The notes beneath the pieces are model-generated. The model made no database searches, was not told where the DNA came from, and worked only from the letters and a program-made list of their open reading frames with translations. 64,000 nucleotides of DNA. It comes from a virus. The stretch spans positions 5,647-69,646 of IMG/VR virus record IMGVR_UViG_3300032282_002676; one strand, 5' to 3'. How positions within the stretch are numbered: position 1 is the stretch's first letter; the number at the start of each line of letters is the position of its first letter. Shown piece after piece: positions 60,129 through 64,000 of the stretch. The position numbers were made by a program, and so were the translations under genes.

Positions 60129-60908
60129 ATGGATCCGATAACCCTCTTTGCTCTTGCAAATGGTGCAGTCGCCGCAGTCAAACAAGGATGCAAACTCTAC
60201 AAAGAGATAGCATCTGCCGCAAGTGATGTCAAGGGCATTTTAGGTGACCTTGAGTCGCAGTTCCATACCGCTCACAAAGACCGTCCTCCTACCGTATCTG
60301 AACATAATCAGTACATCCAAGAAAAAAATCGTGTAATTGAACTAAGCAAAAAACAACCTGACGACCTCTACACGGTTATTGGTGAAAACTTAGGTGCTTA
60401 CTTTGAAAACATGGCAACGTGCATGGCCATTTTTGAAGAAGAAGAAAGACATGCCTATGAAGTTTATGAAGGTCCGCATAGTGTAGGTAAACGTGCATTA
60501 TCAAGAGTTTTGATGCAAACCAAACTCCAAGCAATGCAAGCGGAACTTCGTGAAATCATGGTATATCAGAGTCCTCCAGAATTAGGTGATTTATATACCA
60601 AAGTTGAAAAAATGATGGTTAAAATTCAAGAAGAACAAAGTATTGCTATTCGTATTAGAATGCAAAACGAAAGAACAGCGGCAATACGGAAAACTAGAAG
60701 AATTAATAAAATTAAATGTGAGGCATGGAAATACGGTTTAGTCGCAATTTTTATAATATACTTTGTTTGGTTAGTTTGGGCAGTTGTTCAGGTACGAATA
60801 GAACATTCACCAGAATTAGGTCGCTGTTTGATTCCTAAAGGCACTTGGCCTTACGAACATTATAATAATTTAAAATGGATTGATTGTGAGATACAAAAAG
60901 GGCCCTAA
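60129..60908 (+). CDS. Hypothetical membrane protein (coiled coil plus C-terminal TM)
   Basis: 259 aa; SD AAGGA; TM GLVAIFIIYFVWLVWAVV; lone plus-strand gene in this region. Confidence 0.75.
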   Translation: MDPITLFALANGAVAAVKQGCKLYKEIASAASDVKGILGDLESQFHTAHKDRPPTVSEHNQYIQEKNRVIELSKKQPDDLYTVIGENLGAYFENMATCMAIFEEEERHAYEVYEGPHSVGKRALSRVLMQTKLQAMQAELREIMVYQSPPELGDLYTKVEKMMVKIQEEQSIAIRIRMQNERTAAIRKTRRINKIKCEAWKYGLVAIFIIYFVWLVWAVVQVRIEHSPELGRCLIPKGTWPYEHYNNLKWIDCEIQKGP

Positions 60909-60920
60909 GGCCCTTTCTTT
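60896..60920. terminator. Bidirectional intrinsic terminator
   Basis: AAAGGGCC-CTAA-GGCCCTTT with flanking A and T tracts, between convergent genes. Confidence 0.8.
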
Positions 60921-60995
60921 TTATCGATTTGCGATATACATCGTAATTTCAAAACCGAAACGCAGATCGGTTGCTGTAGGGGTAGTCCACTTCAT
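60921..60995 (-). CDS. pqqA: Pyrroloquinoline quinone precursor peptide PqqA (not in the ORF track)
   Basis: MKWTTPTATDLRFGFEITMYIANR*, 24 aa with ExxxY core; SD AAGGAG at 61007-61002; terminator directly after the stop. Confidence 0.93.
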   Translation of the reverse strand: MKWTTPTATDLRFGFEITMYIANR

Positions 60996-61031
60996 AGTTT
61001 TCTCCTTGGTTTGTACTGCTACTCTATTTAA

Positions 61032-61226
61032 TCATTTCTCATCGGGTTTGTCCTCAGTATTTTCATTAATCTTTGCTAATGACCACGAACCATCACCTCT
61101 GTCAGTCCACTTCAAAGTATCGCCTGGTTCCCATCCTGCTTCTTTCAGCATCTCTTCTGGAAACTCAATGAAATGGTCACCATCATCAATCATTTGCTTA
61201 ACTTCTAAAGTCCACGTTTTTGACAT
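61032..61226 (-). CDS. AbrB/SpoVT-like small DNA-binding protein
   Basis: IEFPEEMLKEAGWEPGDTLKW pattern. Confidence 0.65.
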   Translation of the reverse strand: MSKTWTLEVKQMIDDGDHFIEFPEEMLKEAGWEPGDTLKWTDRGDGSWSLAKINENTEDKPDEK

Positions 61227-61231
61227 AATTT

Positions 61232-61305
61232 TGGAGCGGGATGTCAGAATCGAACTGACAACAAAAGATTGGAAATCTCACGTTTTACCATTAAACTAAT
61301 CCCGC
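61232..61305 (-). tRNA. tRNA-Gly(TCC)
   Basis: GCGGGATTAGTTTAATGGTAAAAC...GAGAT-TTCCA-ATCTT...GTTCGATTC...CCCGCTCCA. Confidence 0.92.
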
Positions 61306-61311
61306 ATTCTC

Positions 61312-61602
61312 CTATTTGACTAAAATTTCTTTTGGTTCGTTTGTATCGCCGTTTGGATATCTATATGCTATGAATCCATCTGAATCGACATACGAACAAC
61401 CGTTCCAGAAATAGTCTTTCTCTTTGAAGTATGCAATTCGTTCATCGGTATATTCATTGATATCGATATTTGTTGTACCAAGAAACTTTTGCCAATTATC
61501 ATCGGCATGTTCCGCAACTTTGGTTGCTTGTGCTTCATTTTCCGCTTCGACAACATACACATTACGGTATGTCATCAACTGCTCAACGATATACTTAGGC
61601 AT
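61312..61602 (-). CDS. Hypothetical protein
   Basis: 96-aa ORF in operon; YVVEAENEAQA. Confidence 0.65.
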   Translation of the reverse strand: MPKYIVEQLMTYRNVYVVEAENEAQATKVAEHADDNWQKFLGTTNIDINEYTDERIAYFKEKDYFWNGCSYVDSDGFIAYRYPNGDTNEPKEILVK

Positions 61603-61885
61603 TTGCAGACTCCACTGAAAGTTTTACCGCCTTTATAGAATCCCAACGGAATGAACGCCAACCATCTGCATCAACATCAAACACCGCAAGTGCATCAGAA
61701 CCTGCAGAACGACCTGCACCAGTAGTTTCGGGTAGATAGTCTTCCAACAATGTGCAATTCATTACACGCTCAGTACCCTCTTTTTTTGTGAATGTAACTT
61801 CAACGATACTTTGTTCCAATATGCCTGCTAACCACTTACGACCTTTTTTTGCTGCTTTCGAATCACCACTAAAAATAGTTTCCAT
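61595..61885 (-). CDS. DUF2693/WYL_2-like SH3 beta-barrel protein
   Basis: VTFTKKEGTERVMNCTL...VFDVDADGWRSFRWD. Confidence 0.75.
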   Translation of the reverse strand: METIFSGDSKAAKKGRKWLAGILEQSIVEVTFTKKEGTERVMNCTLLEDYLPETTGAGRSAGSDALAVFDVDADGWRSFRWDSIKAVKLSVESANA

Positions 61886-61888
61886 AAT

Positions 61889-62323
61889 TTACTCCGCTAG
61901 GTTAGAAAATGCTTCTTTCACTTTTGCTTTAAACTCACCACCAGTTACATAGTCCAAATAATCAGTCCACCATTCATCCGACTTTTCTGTCTTGCGTAAA
62001 ATGCAACCAGACATTCCAGTACCCATCATGTTTTTGATATACACAATAGGATCCGCTAGAATTGCTTCAAATGAATCTTCAAATATAGGAGCACCCTCTT
62101 CATCCGACGTAAAAAACGCCAAATGAAATTTATCTCCCATTTCCGACGATTCTATCGGTTTGGCATCTTTCATTTCATCTTTAAAAGAGAAAAATGCTAG
62201 TTTCATGTTGTCATGAAAGTCATCATAGTCAGGAACAAAGTAAAAACCGTCATATTTGTCCTCACTAACATCAGGATTTTCAATTTCTGCTTCAAGTTCA
62301 ACTTTTTTCTTGAATAAATTCAT
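61889..62323 (-). CDS. Hypothetical acidic protein
   Basis: Likely start MNLFKKK at 62323. Confidence 0.65.
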   Translation of the reverse strand: MNLFKKKVELEAEIENPDVSEDKYDGFYFVPDYDDFHDNMKLAFFSFKDEMKDAKPIESSEMGDKFHLAFFTSDEEGAPIFEDSFEAILADPIVYIKNMMGTGMSGCILRKTEKSDEWWTDYLDYVTGGEFKAKVKEAFSNLAE

Positions 62324-62334
62324 GCTTTTTCCGT

Positions 62335-62493
62335 TCAATTTGCATAAAAACGATAATCCTTGCATAATTTCGTTTTTTCTGACGCACGATTGTAAAAATT
62401 CACGCTTGATTTTTCGACTTTCATCGAATATTTCGGCGTCATCAAGTCCTTCGCAATAAAATTACGAGGTTTTTTCAGTTTTTTCGCTTTCAT
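62335..62493 (-). CDS. Small basic protein, weakly ArfA-like
   Basis: MKAKKLKKPRNFIAKDLMTPKYSMKVEKSSVNFYNR; SD GGGAG. Confidence 0.5.
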   Translation of the reverse strand: MKAKKLKKPRNFIAKDLMTPKYSMKVEKSSVNFYNRASEKTKLCKDYRFYAN

Positions 62494-62668
62494 CCGTATA
62501 CTCCCACATTCGTACATGAAAATGATTACCGCAAGAGTCAATTTCTCTCTGCGGATAACCGTTTTTTAGCATCCATTGCGTACAATCACCGTCAACCGAC
62601 TTGTCATACACTTTAGGAAAGCCATACTTCCAACCCGCTGGTGGGTCAATCCACATTTTTGTATTCAT
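62462..62668 (-). CDS. Conserved phage hypothetical protein
   Basis: WIDPPAGWKYGFPK...W....GYP..EI. Confidence 0.7.
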   Translation of the reverse strand: MNTKMWIDPPAGWKYGFPKVYDKSVDGDCTQWMLKNGYPQREIDSCGNHFHVRMWEYTDESEKTEKTS

Positions 62669-62674
62669 ATAGAG

Positions 62675-62703
62675 ATTATTGCATAGATTTTTTGGATTGT
62701 CAA
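62675..62703 (-). promoter_or_regulatory. Sigma70-type promoter
   Basis: TTGACA-17 bp-AATAAT. Confidence 0.6.
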
Positions 62704-62722
62704 GTCATGTTGGAATGATAAC

Positions 62723-62812
62723 TGGCGGAGAATACTGGATTCGAACCAGTGGATCTATTTCTAAATCGACGGTTTAGCAAACCGCTGCCTTAAGCCACTC
62801 AGCCAACTCTCC
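62723..62812 (-). tRNA. tRNA-Ser(GCT)
   Basis: GGAGAGTTGGCTGAGTGG...GCGGT-TTGCTAA-ACCGT; long variable arm; GGTTCGAATCC; ends GCCA. Confidence 0.93.
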
Positions 62813-62818
62813 TATATA

Positions 62819-62893
62819 TGGCCTCGGTGTACGGACTCGAACCGCAACGAACGGTTTTGGAGACCGCTATGCTGCCAATTACATCACACCGAG
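62819..62893 (-). tRNA. tRNA-Trp(CCA)
   Basis: CTCGGTG...GCGGT-CTCCAAA-ACCGT...GGTTCGAGTCC...CACCGAGGCCA. Confidence 0.9.
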
Positions 62894-62933
62894 CACTGTA
62901 AACTTAAAATGACCCTATTGTAAACTTAAAAAT

Positions 62934-63009
62934 TGGTAGGAGATACAGGACTCGAACCTGTGAATGTCGGAATCAAAATCCGATGCCTTACCAACTTGGC
63001 GAATCTCCA
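62934..63009 (-). tRNA. tRNA-Gln(TTG)
   Basis: TGGAGATTCGCCAAGTTGGTAAGGC-A-TCGGA-TTTTGAT-TCCGA...GGTTCGAGTCC...ACCA; 1:72 mismatch. Confidence 0.92.
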
Positions 63010-63014
63010 TCAGA

Positions 63015-63122
63015 ACCATATTAAAACACACTATACAACAGGTTTAGGTCTGCTTCTATATCCTGTAACGGCGTAGCATGAAGTTATCTCTAGACCTCAG
63101 CCGTAATGTGTTTTAATATGGT
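63015..63122 (-). ncRNA. Structured inter-tRNA element closed by a perfect 16-bp stem
   Basis: ACCATATTAAAACACA ... TGTGTTTTAATATGGT; internal helices ACGGC/GCCGT, ACAGG/CCTGT, AGGTCT/AGACCT. Confidence 0.6.
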
Positions 63123-63194
63123 GGGAGCACAGGGATTCGAACCCTGACCTGACAGATTAAAAGTCTGCTGTCTTAACCGTTTGACCATACTCCC
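63119..63194 (-). tRNA. tRNA-Lys(TTT)
   Basis: GGGAGTA...GCAGA-CTTTTAA-TCTGT...GGTTCGAATCC...TGCTCCCACCA. Confidence 0.92.
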
Positions 63195-63245
63195 TTCATC
63201 TTACCACTCTTGTCACTATCCATGACAGGTCTCCTATTAAAAAAC

Positions 63246-63320
63246 TGGCACACCGTATCAGAATCGAACTGATCTTCCTGCCGTGAAAGGGCAGTGTCCT
63301 AACCGATAGACGAACGGTGC
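63246..63320 (-). tRNA. tRNA-Glu(TTC)
   Basis: GCACCGTTCGTCTATCGGTTAGGAC-A-CTGCC-CTTTCAC-GGCAG...GTTCGATTC...ACGGTGTGCCA. Confidence 0.92.
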
Positions 63321-63435
63321 AAAAAAAACGAATGTCTAATTATTCACACTGGATGAACTCATTAGATTGTCTCGGTATGCAAGTCAACCACAATTAACTT
63401 AACAGTTTGCAGAACTCAAACATACCGTCTATTTC

Positions 63436-63768
63436 AAATTCTAATGCTAACAAGGAACTGACTGTTACATGATGCCGAAGTCATTACTGCATCAAACCCT
63501 TGATCAACTCTTTTCAGAGACGGATTGCTCATTTCCGTTTTGTTTTAAATTCTAATGCTAACAAGGAACTGACTGTTACATGATGCCGAAGTCATTACCG
63601 CACCAAATCCTTGCTTAACTCTTTTCAGAGACAGACCGCATTTGTCTGTTTTATCTTAAATTCGAAAACTAACAAGGAACTGACTATTACATGGTGTCGA
63701 AGTCATTACCACACCAAACCCTTGCTAAACTCTTCTCAGAGACAGATCGTTTATTTCTGTTTTTTTCT
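63436..63768 (-). repeat. Tandem array of three 111-bp units encoding a putative structured ncRNA
   Basis: CTAACAAGGAACTGACT recurs at 63447, 63558 and 63669 (period exactly 111); compensatory changes in helices; stops in all three minus-strand frames of the promoter-proximal unit. Confidence 0.9.
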
Positions 63769-63789
63769 TTCTTCATCAACTCAACATAA

Positions 63790-63999
63790 CTAATTATAGT
63801 CGGATACGGTAGGTTTGTCAAGTGTTTTGAACTCAATTTCAAAATGTTTTTGGATGTCAAAAAGGAAATCAACTGCCAGATACTCTTTCGACAACTGTTG
63901 CGAATTTTGAAACACTTTATAGCATTCTTCTAACACCTTCCAAGTGTATACATTTTGATAAGTCTTGTATACCTCTGGAAAGTGAGAACCGCCAGTCTC
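63790..63999 (-). CDS. 3' part of a hypothetical protein entering from the right edge
   Basis: Open frame ETGGSHFPEVYKTYQ...KTLDKPTVSDYN*. Confidence 0.55.
   Translation of the reverse strand, partial: ETGGSHFPEVYKTYQNVYTWKVLEECYKVFQNSQQLSKEYLAVDFLFDIQKHFEIEFKTLDKPTVSDYN
63793..63821 (-). promoter_or_regulatory. Consensus sigma70 early promoter pointing into the repeat array and tRNA cluster
   Basis: TTGACA-17 bp-TATAAT, perfect consensus. Confidence 0.88.
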
Positions 64000-64000
64000 A

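Noticed and set aside
60880-61299. 139-aa plus-strand ORF
   Set aside because: Antisense to pqqA, the AbrB-like gene and tRNA-Gly.
62897-62931. Short direct repeat TGTAAACTTAAAA x2 between tRNA-Trp and tRNA-Gln
   Set aside because: Short and AT-rich; most simply a local duplication with no evidence of function.
63436-63768. The 111-bp repeats as a CRISPR array or a 37-aa protein repeat (ORFs 63611..63793 and 63687..63872)
   Set aside because: Units are similar along most of their length with no 30-40 nt unique spacers; the promoter-proximal unit has stops in all minus-strand frames; variation follows base pairing rather than codon position.
63436-63768. HDV-like/theta or hammerhead ribozyme identity for the repeat unit
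   Set aside because: No P3/L3/P1.1 elements of the HDV fold; CTGAAAAG is part of a GNRA hairpin, not a CUGANGA core.

Overview
64 kb of a large T4-like (myovirus) phage genome, probably a freshwater phage of a Betaproteobacterial host (inferred mainly from a Burkholderiales-type PqqA peptide). 1-14.8 kb (minus strand): an expanded cluster of glycine-rich putative adhesin/fibre genes interleaved with small paralogous adaptor genes. 15-39.6 kb: baseplate/tail module (DUF4815 protein, gp8, gp7, gp6, gp25, PAAR, gp5, hub, gp53, gp48; then on the plus strand gp4, gp2, gp54-like, gp26, gp51-like and a tape-measure/hub protein with a GH24 lysozyme domain). 39.6-49.2 kb: gp32, gp59, gp33, a cell-wall hydrolase, a two-piece (permuted) tmRNA and small early genes with sigma70 promoters. 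49.2-54.1 kb: a second glycine-rich cluster under TATAAATA late promoters. 54-60 kb: ClpP, GalE, RmlC, GT2, a cytidylyltransferase and RNase H. 60-64 kb: pqqA, six tRNAs and structured non-coding elements. Main observations absent from the ORF track: a 3 x 111-bp array of a covarying, pseudoknotted RNA behind a consensus early promoter; a probable -1 frameshift fusing gp26 to gp51 just before the tape measure; the phage pqqA; and the permuted tmRNA (tag ANDAFYGEDRLAA), found with ClpP and an ArfA-like peptide. All family calls come from motif recognition and synteny, not database searches.
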